The notes: generated by a model not told the origin, from the letters alone. Positions 43,608-56,576 are shown, counted from the first letter of the stretch. The stretch: DNA of 64,000 bases from Octopus sinensis (GCF_006345805.1 NC_043010.1:19344001-19408000), one strand, 5' to 3'. Numbers and translations are program-made.

Positions 43608-45501
43608 AAAGTGTAAACATGTAAAACTAAGTGAATAAAATAATATTGCAAAATTCTTGTTCTTTTTGGGTACCTCTTCGTGTATGACATCCATAGAAAA
43701 AGATATCATTTCACTCGCCGCCGTCCTGATTGTCACCATCTATATCATTCATTGATATTTCATACACATTCGCATTTGATAGGATAGTTTCAAAAAACTA
43801 AAATATTTATTATTGCAATTGAATAGAAAAGGATAAATATGTTTTGTTTCAGCGATCCCCAGTTAGGACTTTTCGAAAAATTTATCATAATTTCCAAGAT
43901 AATTCACTTATGAAGAAAATTTTAATTCTCTATATTATTTTAATTCCTAAGACACCTGGCAAAGCCAAAAAATATGAATAAAAAGATTTGGCAGTTAATG
44001 GGTTAAAATATCTCCACAGACTTCGGTGCTAAAACAGGTGTAAATTGCTCAATCAGTTATTAACTGTTGAATGTCCCCTTCCCATTGTCCTTTTAATTGG
44101 GTGACATTGGTTGGAGAATGGAGAGTGGGGTCAGTCGACTAAACTGACCCCAGTCTATCTCATTTGTCCCTTTATGATCTCATCCGCAATCCACTATAGC
44201 CGTGGTTATACCTGGTTCCGTTCCATCACTAACAGGAAGAGAGAAAAAGCTGCTCTTCGTTCGGACGTCAATCTATCACAACGGATAAACTTGGTTGCGA
44301 AAAGAAATTAAACCAAGCTGTGTAAAATTAACGAAGGCACTAATTGCAGAAGTGAATTACAGTGAACTACTACAGTATCACGTGATAGGCGGAGTGACAA
44401 TGTGTATGGATATCTCTCAGTGCAGGCGACAAGACACGACTTCTTGCCTTGTTGACTAGTTATCTTCTACTCTAACAACGCTTTCACCCCAGTATATACC
44501 CAGTTCGTATTTTATCAAGAGCTGTTGGTACCTAAATAGGGTCAATTGATTTAATTCAGGAATTCAACTTGTGTTGCAGTGAATAACATTCTTCTTGTTG
44601 AATGTTTCACTCTTTTCAGAAATATTTATTCCTCATATTGGTTGTAGGAGGACATTTTGACACAAGGTTATTCAGAGTTAGATAGAACTAGCGTAGTATT
44701 GTTGATTTAATATATGACTCTTACTGTTTTAGCTATCACGACCATATTTAAACACAGCACATAAAGAGATACTTCAAGGCATTTAGTCCAACAACACTTT
44801 ACCATTTCTCCTACCTACCGTCTTTTCGAATCTCATTGAAGAAAAGTTCTTAGCTACATTATACATTAAAAAGGTACACTGCAGCTTAAATTGAACGTGT
44901 CTCTTTTAATACTGACATGTTCCAACATGTTGACTTAACTTCATTCTAGCTTCAGAGAAAACAATAATGAAGAAGAAATGAACGTATCAGAAGAAATGAA
45001 AGAAAGAACGGAGAAAACGACGTAAAGAACCGCAAACAAAGCAAAATCTGCATTATTGTTTTGTGAAAAAAAAATCCTTTTTTCCTGTTGAAAGACAGAT
45101 AACGATAAGAAAGAAGGTTCGCCATTTGCAATAGAGATAAGCAGAATGGCGACATTAGCAACCGATGCAACATTTACAAGAATATATCGAGTCGTACAAC
45201 GTCCTTTACAAACTATAAATTCCCAGTCGGAAGGAAAGTATTATAGCTTTAATTTTCAGACAATTGAAAAGCGGAAATGTAAATAAGAACAGAGAAATGT
45301 CATAAATAATTTTCTCCGATACCAGTTGTGAATATCAACGAAGCCACCGCTAGCTTGTCGTTAGGTTCTTTCTGCTTCTCTTTTTTTTTTCCTCTCCGTC
45401 TTTTACCCAACCAACCAGCATTTGATGAGTTCACTCATACAATACGGTGCTACTTAATAAAAATGAGGTAAAGTTTGTTTCCATTCTTACTTAGAATGAC
45501 G

Positions 45502-45559
<58 letters not shown>

Positions 45560-45786
45560 ATACTTCTGCTGATGCTGCTGTTACTGCTGTTGCTGCTGCC
45601 ATCACTACTATTATCGCTACTACTGTTGGTACTGCAAATGATAATAATGATGATGATGATTTTTGTTATTTGCCCTCAGGATGAAGGATGAAGAGGACAT
45701 TACAAAGACAGACGTCAAGTGTTGGGGCTTATATATAATGAAATTATAAATATATATATATATACACACACACACACACCACAACA

Positions 45787-45819
<33 letters not shown>

Positions 45820-45889
45820 CATACATACTACACACATATATATAATATATATAATATATATATATACACACAACACACACATACACACA

Positions 45890-45922
<33 letters not shown>

Positions 45923-45939
45923 ATACTACATACATACAC

Positions 45940-45976
<37 letters not shown>

Positions 45977-45986
45977 ATATAATATA

Positions 45987-47429
45987 TCAGGTCATGCCAT
46001 AAGTTCTGTCCGAATTTTGAATAAAGAAAACAAGTGATCAAATTTCGTTTTTGGATTTGGTTTGCAAGATTCTTTATGTGAGTTCGTGTATTGTTGCATA
46101 TTCTCTTGTGTCTGGGGAGAGTCATTTTCTTTTTGTGCCTTATAATTTAACACTCACTGGTAAAATTTTCACTTTTTTCTTAATTTTATTTTCCTGGAAT
46201 TTTCGTTGCGTCTTGCAACCTTTTCAGTAGTCTTGACTCAGAGTCAAGATTATTGAATTATAAGGCACAAAAAGAAAATGACTCTCCCCAGACACAACAG
46301 AAGTGATCAAATGTTATATTTAATTGAAATTTAATCATCAATGTACTTTTCCTGATTATCTATGAATTCCTTCCATCTATTTGCAAGCTTTTTAATCCCA
46401 TCATTGTAAAACTCTTTTGGTTTCAAAGCGAAGAACTCTGAAATGTTAGGTAGATGTAAGGTAGATGAGGAATTTCTTTCCAACCAAGCTCTTCGATCTT
46501 CTGTGGTGTGATCTTTGCAGAGTGGGGTCGCGCATTTTCCTGATGAAACATCACTCTTTTTCGATTCGCTAAAGCGGGTCTTTTTTTTCTTCAAAGCTTG
46601 GTTCAAACGCTCTAATTGCTGACAGTAGACTTGATCATTGATTGTTGCATCAGGTGGTAACAATTCAAAATGAATTACTCTTTGCAATCCCACCAGATAG
46701 GAAGAAGAACCTTTTTCCCATGAAGTTCCCTTCTTTGTTGTGGTTGAGCTCTTTTCCTTAACATTTCGATAGAAGATCCATTTTTCCTCACCAGTCACAA
46801 GTCTATCCAAAAAAGGGTGAAATGAGTTCGCGAAAATGGAAAGGAGAGCAGATGTCAACTTGGGATTTGCGGTTGCTTTCGGACATTTCATGAGGCACCC
46901 ATTTTCCAAGTTTAGGAACCTCTCCAAGTTGTCGAGATGACGATGAACAGTTGTATGGTTTGAACTAAGCTTTATTGCCGATTCTTCAACTGATAATGCG
47001 GGATTTTCTTCAAGGATTGCCTCAAGGAGCTTATCATCGAACTCAACTGGACGTCCTGTTCGATCTTTATCTTCAAGGCTGAAATCTCCACTTCTGAATT
47101 TTGCAAGCCATTTTCTGCAAGTTCTTTCATTCAAGCAATCTTTCTCATAAACTGAGTGTATGTTTCGAGTCGCTTCGCCTGCAGAGTTTCGTTTTTTGTA
47201 CTCATAAAGCATTATGTGCCTTAAATACTCCTTGGATACTTCCATGTTAGAAAGGGTTTTAATCAAAGAAATTTTAATTCTATTATTCTGTAAAATAATA
47301 TTTAATCAGTTTAAATGTACACAAATGCATATAAATAATTTCTAATTCCATTAGACATTCTAAAACACTATTGAATTTCATTCAATTTTAAAAAAGGTAA
47401 AATCGGAATGAACTTATGGGATGACATGA
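45987..47429 (-). mobile_element. Decayed mariner transposon with internal insertion and deletions
   Basis: TA TSDs; TIRs tcaggtcatgccataagttctgtccga vs tcatgtcatcccataagttcattccga; MEVSKEYLRHIMLYEY..., WVPHEM, TGEEKW, QENARPH; YSPDL motif missing. Confidence 0.9.
46044..46300 (-). mobile_element. PLE-like insertion inside the mariner
   Basis: 12-bp duplication aagtgatcaaat at 46032-46043 and 46301-46312; perfect 42-bp inverted repeat 46106-46147 / 46256-46297. Confidence 0.6.
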
Positions 47430-47440
47430 TATATATAAGG

Positions 47441-47730
47441 TCTGAAGGCGTGTGGTTTAGGGGTTAGGGTATTTGGCTTGCGATCGTAGGGTCGTGAGTT
47501 CGATTCCCGGCAGCGCGTTGTGTCCTTCAGCTTGCAAAAATGAGTAGTACCTGTATTTCAAAGGGTCAGCCTTGTCACACTCTGTGTCACGCTGAATCTC
47601 CCTCAGAAGTATGTGAAGGGGTACGTGTGTCTGTGGAGGGCTCAGCCACTTTTGCATTAATCTCATGCGCAAGCTGTTCCGTTGATTGGATCAACTGGAA
47701 CCCTCATCGTCGTAAGCGACGGAGTGCCAG
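47441..47730 (+). mobile_element. tRNA-derived SINE (family D)
   Basis: 10-bp TSD atatataagg at 47431-47440 and 47731-47740; gagttcgattccc B box; body shared with 2815-3135. Confidence 0.85.
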
Positions 47731-48289
47731 ATATATAAGGGTAAGATCCGAGGATCCAAGTGTAGGAAGCTAGTAAGCTTCAAGCAGTCTGTGGCAGGCA
47801 TAGAAAACAAAATACGGATTGTGTCGAAGATTATGCACTTTTTCCCATATCGAAGTTACGAAGAAATTCGGTTAGCTGAAGATTTCTGTATAGCTCAGAG
47901 TTAGCAACTCGAGTTGCTACGAATGCGAATAAAAATTCTAATTGAGGGAGTAGAAGAGGTAGAATTCAGGCCTCATGTGTTTCCTAGCTAGCTGATACTC
48001 TCATGTAACAATTACTCAATCAGGGGTACTCAGCTAGCTGCTCATTAGGCAGGAAGATACCTTAATTATATAAAGGTCGCATTGTCTTTTGGGAATCCCA
48101 AGTCAACACATGATTAATGTATCCTCGGCCCGATGAGAAGCTGCGACTCTTGGTTGAGTAATTATTACATCAGAGGGTTTGTCAGCAAAGAAACATATGT
48201 CAACTCTTCTTTTCTTTTTCTTTTTTTTTTTTCTCCTTTCTTTTTTCTTACGGGTCACCATGCTTGACTGCTGAATCCACAAGTTTCTG

Positions 48290-48430
48290 TTTTTTACTCT
48301 CTCTCTGTTTATTTTCTTTTGTTCCTCTCTGTTGAGGAGCTTAGGCTCGAAACGTAAAAGACTTTTTCACTTTCCCGAGCGTCAAACTAATACACCTGTC
48401 TTCGTCTTTTGTTTTTTTGTAAATTCTAAC
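48290..48430 (+). mobile_element. PLE-like terminal remnant with variant hammerhead-like motif
   Basis: ctgttga-g-GAGC(ttag)GCTC-GAAA-CGTA at 48329-48356; ends aattctaac followed by (TA)n. Confidence 0.5.
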
Positions 48431-48449
48431 TATATATATATATATATAT

Positions 48450-48503
<54 letters not shown>

Positions 48504-48614
48504 AGTTTTGTCAGTGAACAGGTCGCGGTTTGAAAGCGACAAAAATATTTTGACACAAATTAAATTGAAATGTTGAAGTGAATCTAACGGGCTTTTTTCT
48601 CTTTTGTGTGTGTG

Positions 48615-48685
<71 letters not shown>

Positions 48686-48789
48686 GTACAGAGTATACAA
48701 TAAAACTAAAAAGGGAGCATACACCGTACAGAATAGTAAAAAAAAGTGCGAGCATGATAGTGATGATGTCCTCTTGCTAAAGGAGGGCC

Positions 48790-49070
48790 TGTAGGCATAA
48801 TCGAAAAACCTCTCCTTCCAAGACTTCCCTTAACACCAAGGGCAAGTGCCCTTTCCAATCTCTGTTCCCCGACTCATAAAGGCGAGCAGCCCTAACGGAC
48901 CGAGCGCGCGACGCGAAACGTTTCCTATAGGTGGCCGTTTACTTTGACCACCGAGCAGGTGCCGTTGTGCATTGCAGGCATCAAAGTGCTTAAAGGGAGT
49001 CCGAAATCGACTGCTTTCAGGACGGTTTCCAGGTAGCGATGTGCGACTATAGTGGTCTTGAAGGAGGGCA
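48790..49070 (-). mobile_element. Tx1/L1-clade RT fragment
   Basis: HRYLETVLKAVDFG...SVVKVNGHL*ETFRVARSVR*GCSPL (VRQGCPL motif with stops). Confidence 0.75.
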
Positions 49071-49555
49071 ATGTGTGTGTGTGTGCTTGTTTGTGTGTGT
49101 GGGGGGGTGTAATGAATATAGTGACGTATGTACGTTTTTAAAATCTGTGAAGCCACTGTACTTAGTCCAGCCGAACTCCCTTTAATAACGCATAGTGTTT
49201 AAAAACACAACATAACTCAAAGCTAAGTGAAACGAAATCAAGCTGGAAGTGGAAGAATGTGACAGATATCGATATTTCACGGCCACTTCCACTCTCAAAA
49301 CCATTCACAGATCCACCTCCGAAACGGCTTGCCGCGGCCGAATAGAGGTTTGTATACAAATAGTGTAAATACTTTTTGCCAGTGTATAAATCGAATTTAT
49401 ACACATACATACATACATACATACATACATACATACATACATACATACATACATACATACACACATACATTCATACATACACACATACGTAAATACATAA
49501 ATGTGTGTGTGAGTGTGTGTGAGTGTGTGTTGTGTGTGTGTGTGTGTATGTGTGT

Positions 49556-49587
<32 letters not shown>

Positions 49588-49846
49588 TAGTCCTTTTGTC
49601 CAAAGTAAGCCAATAAAATTTCATATTCCTGATGAATTGTTAAATATCAATAAAAAAAGAAGTTCGATCCCTATTGCAAGCTTATGAAGAAAGCTGTCGT
49701 GGGACTAATTTTACAATAAGATCAAATGTTAGATATGGATATGAGTCGTGTGTTTATATCTATCCACCCAACTCCCTTATATGTGATAAACTATATCAAC
49801 TAAAGCAATATCTATTTATATTTATGATATAGTCGTTCATCTTTAT

Positions 49847-49883
<37 letters not shown>

Positions 49884-50205
49884 CGTCTATCTTTCTTTCT
49901 CTTTTGTGTGTGTGGCCAGAAGAGCAATACAACAGTAGATGTACTACTATACGTCGTCTGCTTTCTCCATTCTGCTTCAGCTATAACGCAATGCAACACA
50001 TTGTTGCTATATAAAGTGGCATTCTGCTGACCGCTGTCCGCTTGAATTACCCCCACGGATTTAACTGACCATGTTGTTTAAGCAATCAAATCTGAAATTG
50101 CTGTCACCTCGCTATAAATTTCACAACACTCAGATTTTCCAATTTACCTTTTCAATCAATTAACCCAGAACTACACTTCCGGTAAAATTCGCACAACCAC
50201 GAAGG

Positions 50206-50247
<42 letters not shown>

Positions 50248-50272
50248 CATATATATATATATATATATATAC

Positions 50273-50307
<35 letters not shown>

Positions 50308-50450
50308 AGTATATATATATACATATATATTATACATATATATATATATAATATATATTATATATCCATATATATACATATATATATACATACATATATA
50401 TAATATAATACATATATAATATATATATACCTATATATACATATATATAC

Positions 50451-50482
<32 letters not shown>

Positions 50483-50518
50483 TATTATATGTATGTATAT
50501 ATATATATATATATATAT

Positions 50519-50555
<37 letters not shown>

Positions 50556-51114
50556 ACATATATATATATATACATATATACACATATATATATATTTTGT
50601 GTGTGTTGTGCGCGCGTGTAATTTTTATCTAATATACTTCTGGTAGATTTCGTTGAGTCTCTTTTACTTGTTGTAGACTTTTGTAACTGTCAAAATTCTG
50701 CAATATATTCTCACTGTTATAATTAAAGTCAATGTAAGGACCTCCGCTTGTCGTTTTTGTGGTGAGCGGGGACTTAGAAACCAACAAATATTTTGATCGA
50801 CAAATTTGCGGTAATTCAGTTTAATTTTCTGCATTATTGGGGGGGGGGGCTTATGAATTGCCAGTGACTTTCTGGCTGTCAAAGTAGTCTCAATCTTCTG
50901 GTTTATATTTTGTGTTGATGAAAATTTCAGCTGATTTATTTCTTTTCTTTTTATTTTAAATTTTCAATATATATATATATATATATATATTCTTTTGGTT
51001 TTGTCCGCAGCTGTCTGCGTGTTCTAATTGATGTAGAATTAACTTAGCTTCTTTTCATTTCTTCGGGATTGGTGATAATTGTAAATGAATTCAATAAGTT
51101 TGTCTGAGTGTTTA

Positions 51115-51262
51115 AGAAGTTCGCTTTGCACAGATAAGCTTTAGGTTCAATCTACCTGTGTTGCACCTTTGGCAAATAACTTCTATCAATATCATAACCT
51201 CAGGTCAAGAAAAGCCGCATGAGCAAAATTGGGTCAAAAGAAACTATATGGAAGCCCGGTGC
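51115..51262 (+). mobile_element. Old SINE family A head
   Basis: gtttaagaagttcgctttgc...ggttcaatc...gcacctttggcaa...ggaagcccg. Confidence 0.5.
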
Positions 51263-51830
51263 AGAGATTGTTCTTTGTTTTTAGTGAGCTTAATCAATCA
51301 CCTGGTTTAACACCTTTAGCTAGCCAACTTAGAAGTGTCACCTCTGCTGCAAATACTCTGACAAGACACGCAGTCAAAAGATAATTTACTTCCTCCCTCT
51401 CTTCCTGCCAACAGCGACGTAAATCCTTTAAAAGTTCAGGGCCACTGACCTTCTTCTTCTGACAGAGCCAATGAGATAGAAAACGTTCCTCATCGATTCA
51501 GTGAGGTTGTAACATTCATGTCTTTTCCAAAAGTATTACTGGAGTAAAAGGAACAGATACTCAATGAAGCTGTTTATTGTTTATCTCCTACAGCAACCAG
51601 TTATGTACTGGGGCCCATTCAGGAGAGTCTTCTTCACTGGAGATGTGTTACTGATTGGCAACAAGGAAGTCGAGGTGGGGGCGGGTCTCTGCCGGAGACA
51701 GCAGGAATATATAAAAGGGAGAAATTCCTGAGAGAGAAGAACGTGACAAAACCGGATGTAAGACAGAGAGACAGACAGACAGACAGGCAGGCAGGCAGGC
51801 AGACAGACAGACAGACAGACATATAGATAG

Positions 51831-51870
<40 letters not shown>

Positions 51871-51947
51871 GGTTTATTAAAACTCGAGTCGCATTCGTTC
51901 GACTCAATTCAATATTCGTGTGTGTAAGCATGTTTATGTGTGTACGG

Positions 51948-52021
<74 letters not shown>

Positions 52022-52795
52022 GTGTGTAATATTTTAGCAGCAATTTTATACACAGCAGTAATAAAACGTCATTTGTTACACAAAATGAGAAGATAAAATT
52101 TGGATTTAGACAGGAACACAAGGAAAACGGCTGGAAATGGTTAGCATTTAACAAAAATCAACATAAAAAATGTGTTGTAAAAGGAAAGAGAATATAAATA
52201 TGGTTTCTTGTTTAAATGTCAAATGTTGTATGAATGCGTTCATAAAAATTATTTGAATGATATTCCTTGAGTGTCAAATGTTAGTTCTTTTGAAAGAAAA
52301 CCACATGTGGCGCAAGTAGATAATGACATTGATGGAAAGGGAAAAAAATGTCAAACTTCCTTTTTTCCAGGAAGATGTCGATCATAATGGTTGTTAACGG
52401 ATTGTGAGATTTTTAATAGATTCTTCTTCTAAGTCTACAGAAACACATAAATACTTATTTACACATTTGTTGCCAATTGACCCTCAACCTAGTCCTAAGC
52501 CAATTCCGGCGCATGTTGAACTCACAGCAAAATAGAGTATGGTAGAAATCTGTACTATAACGGAGAAAGCTGTTTATTAATTAGTTATGATTGTGTAACT
52601 TTTTACTAACAGAAAGTGATTATTAACGTCTGCACTGTGTAGAAAACTCGTTAAAAATTTAACTTTAACCTTTTTTTAATTAAAATGTGTTTTTTTTTTA
52701 AAAAAAGCTCCTATTATTCAAGATTTCAACTGCGTGATTCAATTCTAATTCATTGCGAGAATTTGAATTGAATTTTAACTTCTTACTCCCTTCAC

Positions 52796-52837
<42 letters not shown>

Positions 52838-52856
52838 CTATCTATCTATCTATCGA

Positions 52857-52897
<41 letters not shown>

Positions 52898-52993
52898 TTC
52901 AGTATATATTCACGTGTGTGCGTGAGTGTGTATACCGTTTGGCATTATGATGTTATACATGATGCTCGATATTTTTGTATATTCTTCTTGTTT

Positions 52994-53095
<102 letters not shown>

Positions 53096-53121
53096 AACGT
53101 AGGTATAATTCAAATACTTTT

Positions 53122-53208
53122 ACTTCCGACACATGTTTCGAAGATTTCACTGATATTATTCAAAAGTATAAATGGTGTAAAGCAATGTAATCTTCTCTTC
53201 AGGGAAGT
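53122..53208 (-). ncRNA. Canonical type I hammerhead ribozyme, antisense to HDC
   Basis: ACUUCC-CUGAAGA-GAAGAUU[41 nt]AAUCUUC-GAAA-C[AUGU]G-UC|GGAAGU: 6-bp stem I, 7-bp stem II with G10.1-C11.1, GUC cleavage triplet. Confidence 0.8.
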
Positions 53209-53264
53209 GAAGAAATGAAACTCGTCAATAAGACATTCTAACAGAAATGTATATCTATTTCCAG

Positions 53265-53363
53265 CATTGGCAAATTCCTCTCAGCAAAAGGTTTCGAGCC
53301 CTAAAATTATGGTTCGTCATCCGATCCTTCGGCGTGGAAGGTCTTCAGAAACACATACGTCAC
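53265..53363 (+). CDS. HDC: HDC exon (99 nt, [33 protein letters not shown])
   Basis: ttccag|...|gtgagt; phase 0-0; HWQIPL.RF..LKLWFV motif. Confidence 0.97.
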
Positions 53364-53689
53364 GTGAGTCGATCGTTTATTTTTATTCCTTGATATTGTC
53401 GTTGCTGTTGTTGTTGTTGCTTTTAAAACTTCTTGATGATAAGAGATTAGAAGCCATGAAATATTACACTGGTTTCTTATGTCACCTAAGCGATCCAGTT
53501 ACTTGACTCACAAAACATCCAAAGGGCTGATTGCTTAATACTGGTATCCAAAGCGTTAAGAAGATGAGAGATACGAATCTCCTGGATGAGTCGATAGAGG
53601 AAAAGATGATTTAAATTAAAATTACTCACTTCGACCGCTGATTTGTTTTTTATTTTTATTTTTTTACCATAATAACTATGAGATCAATT

Positions 53690-53930
53690 TAATAAGTAAG
53701 CTACCGTCTCGAACCTTGGGACTTGTAAGGTCAGTGGCCCGGTTTCTATGGCGTATTTGGGACCGGGACCATAATGTTGCTTCTACACGACTCCATCGCA
53801 AGGGTACTCGTTGACAGCTGAGTAGACTGAGGATTAAAGTGTTTATCGAGGAGTGAAGTGTTTTGCTGAAGAACACAACGCACAGCTCGATCGAGAGATT
53901 ATCATAACCTAAGTAAGAAACGAAGCCGCC
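53690..53930 (-). mobile_element. Diverged SINE fragment
   Basis: cagctgagtagactg and gctgaagaacacaacgca words typical of the SINE bodies here. Confidence 0.4.
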
Positions 53931-54196
53931 GGATGATGTCCCACAAACGACCATCTCTCTTGACTTTCAAATTACAGCCGCTCTTTTTGGCAACTTCCAA
54001 TAAAATCTCAACAAATGTTGCCAATGTCTCTCTCCTACACAGAACAATTCCTCAGGTTGGCACCACAAAATGCTTTACTGTTCATAAAGTTTCTAAAAGT
54101 GTTGCCTACACTCAACAAAACTCTTCTCATCTCCATCACACCTTCTTCCCCTCCACCATCACTGCTGCCACTAACACCACCACCAGCAATAACAGT

Positions 54197-54575
54197 GGAG
54201 GCGCAATGGCCCAATGGTTAGGGCAGCGGACTCGCGGTCGGAGGATCGCGGTTTCGATTCCCAGACTGGGCGTTGTGAGTGTTTATTGACCGAAAACACC
54301 TAAAGCTGCACGAGGCTCCCGCAGGGGGGTGGGGGTGGCGACCTCTGTTGTACTCTTTCACTCCAACTTTCTCTCACTACTTTCTTCCTGTTTCTTGTCC
54401 CCGACTTCCTACGCAACCGCTGAGCCTGGATGCACATTCATCCATCCGTCGATGCTCTTGGTGTCAGGGGTTGACCTGCTTTCTCTTCTGCAGGTCTTAC
54501 GAATATAGCAAAGGACCACGTTCCGGACTTCTCCTACTGCGAGCTCTGGGACGAAGACCGTTCGCTCAACAGCAA
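54197..54575 (+). mobile_element. tRNA-derived SINE, family C
   Basis: Same head as 28393 but a different 3' body. Confidence 0.85.
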
Positions 54576-55494
54576 CACTACAACCATCACTGCTACCACC
54601 ACTTCCATCACCACCACTGCTACCATTAACACCAACACCTGCATCACCATCACCACCACCACCAACACCATCATCACCACCACCACCACCACCTTATGTC
54701 TTAACATTCAGCACCATCACTACCACTACTATAACTACCACCTGTACGTGTATTAAGTCAGTAACAATAAACAGCATTAAAACTGGTAAAGTGACCCTCT
54801 CGAGATACAATTTTTTTAGTCCTTTTATATAAAACTAGCACTATGACCTGGCAACGCTGGGTCATAGTGCTAGTGCATGCAAATACAGCTGCGTGCATGC
54901 GCACATACACGCGAGTACTGTCCAAATCTCCGACCAATCACATACAGCTAGCTGGCATTCAATTGGCGTATCAAGTTTCGGGCATTTTGATTGAGTTTTG
55001 GATAGAAAATTCACAAAAAAGTCACTTCTATTGATTTTTTAATGGCTTTGTGGGGTGACTGGGAAAATGTAAAGATAAGCACGACCACCCTTGGACGGTT
55101 TTGAATGACCATAGAAAGTGCGAGCCCTCTAACTGAAAAATTGTGGATTTGTATAAAGGATACGCACACAGACAGACATTTTGCCGTTTATATATAGAGA
55201 GATTGAATCGAGAACCGGGCGAAACTCTACTGAAGGCCGTTTGACAATCCTGCTGTGTTTGTTAATGTATTGGTGTATCATAGTGTGTGTGCGTGTGAGA
55301 GAAAGAGGGAGTCATTGAGTGAATGGTGTGTGTGTGCGAGTGTGAGTGTGCATGTGTGAGTGTCTGTGTGTGAGTGAGCGAGTGAGCGATAGCTAGATGT
55401 GTGCGTGTGTGAGGAATTGGTCTTCAGTTGTTCTTTATCCAAACCAAACCTAACAAACCCAATTTCTTTCTGTTTGTCTTCTGTGCAACAACAG

Positions 55495-55596
55495 GGAGTC
55501 AAGTTGGCCATATTGTTTGAGACCTTGATGAAACACGATGAAAGATTTGAAATCCCTGCCGAACGTCACCTGGGTATGGTTGTTTTTAGACTGAAG
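55495..55596 (+). CDS. HDC: HDC exon (102 nt, GVKLAILFETLMKHDERFEIPAERHLGMVVFRLK)
   Basis: caacag|...|gtaagt; FEIPA.RHLG.VVFRLK is HDC-specific. Confidence 0.97.
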
Positions 55597-55633
55597 GTAA
55601 GTGATTCGCCTGTATCTCACCTGAACAGTTATT

Positions 55634-55813
55634 TATTTCTTTATTGCCCACAGGGGGATAAACATAGAGGGGACAAATAAGGAGAAACAAAGGGACTAAT
55701 TCGATTACATGGACACAAGTGCTCAACTGGTACTTATTTAATCGACCCCGAAAGGATGAAAGGCAAAGTCGACCTCGACGGAATTTGAACTCAGAACGTA
55801 ACGACAGACGAAA
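55634..55813 (-). mobile_element. SINE family B (5'-truncated)
   Basis: Core and tail match; begins about 37 nt after the HDC donor at 55597. Confidence 0.85.
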
Positions 55814-55921
55814 TTCGCTTTCATTGTATACACGTGTTTTTGTGTTAAGCCCCACTTGTTTCTTGTTTTCTATTGGTCTTTTTTTCTTTTCTGTTCGGCC
55901 CTTGTGGCCAATAAAGAAAAG

Positions 55922-55980
<59 letters not shown>

Positions 55981-56009
55981 TATTATTGTTATTATTATTA
56001 TTATTATTA

Positions 56010-56049
<40 letters not shown>

Positions 56050-56050
56050 G

Positions 56051-56530
56051 ACGTCGCACAGTATACAATATCGTGAGGTTGTTGATTGAAGATATTGTGT
56101 CTACCTGGGGTTTGTACTCAAGCCATAACAAGGACCTCAGACAGACAGCACTTGACGCAATAATGCCGACTTTTGCAATACACATAGATTGTAGGGTATT
56201 TCTAAAGCTTTCAGATGTTTTTTTTTTTTGTTTCGTTTTTTTTTTTTTCAGATTGGATGGTATTGAAACCCAATGCTCGGATGACAATAGGAATAACTTA
56301 TCGTAGCTCGTCTCATCTTCGCGATCTCAATTCTCAGGTCTCCATATTATCACCTTTTTCTCTTTCTTTCATGATGATGTGTTGATCTCCTGGCACTGCT
56401 ACGTCGATTATTAGGCACTCTTGTTTGTCCCTCCTAAAGATTACTATATCCAGCCTTCGGTGCTCTAACACTTTGTCTGTCTGGAAATCAAAGTCCCAAA
56501 GGATTTTTGCTTCCCCCTTTTCGTCCATTT
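56051..56530 (-). mobile_element. R4/Dong-clade LINE 3' end (RLE domain)
   Basis: KILWDFDFQTDKVLEHRRLDIVIFRRDKQECLIIDVAVPGD; (TAA)n tail at 56050 and below. Confidence 0.85.
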
Positions 56531-56576
56531 ATCATCATCATCATCCTCCTCCTCATCATCATCATTATTATTATTA

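Noticed and set aside
46331-47266. 311-aa ORF as an intact mariner transposase
   Set aside because: It drifts out of the transposase frame after HRHL; catalytic D residues are changed (TGEEKW, QENARPH) and YSPDL is missing
47902-47919. Perfect 18-bp palindrome tagcaactcgagttgcta
   Set aside because: Isolated, with no Helitron CTRR end or other supporting context identified
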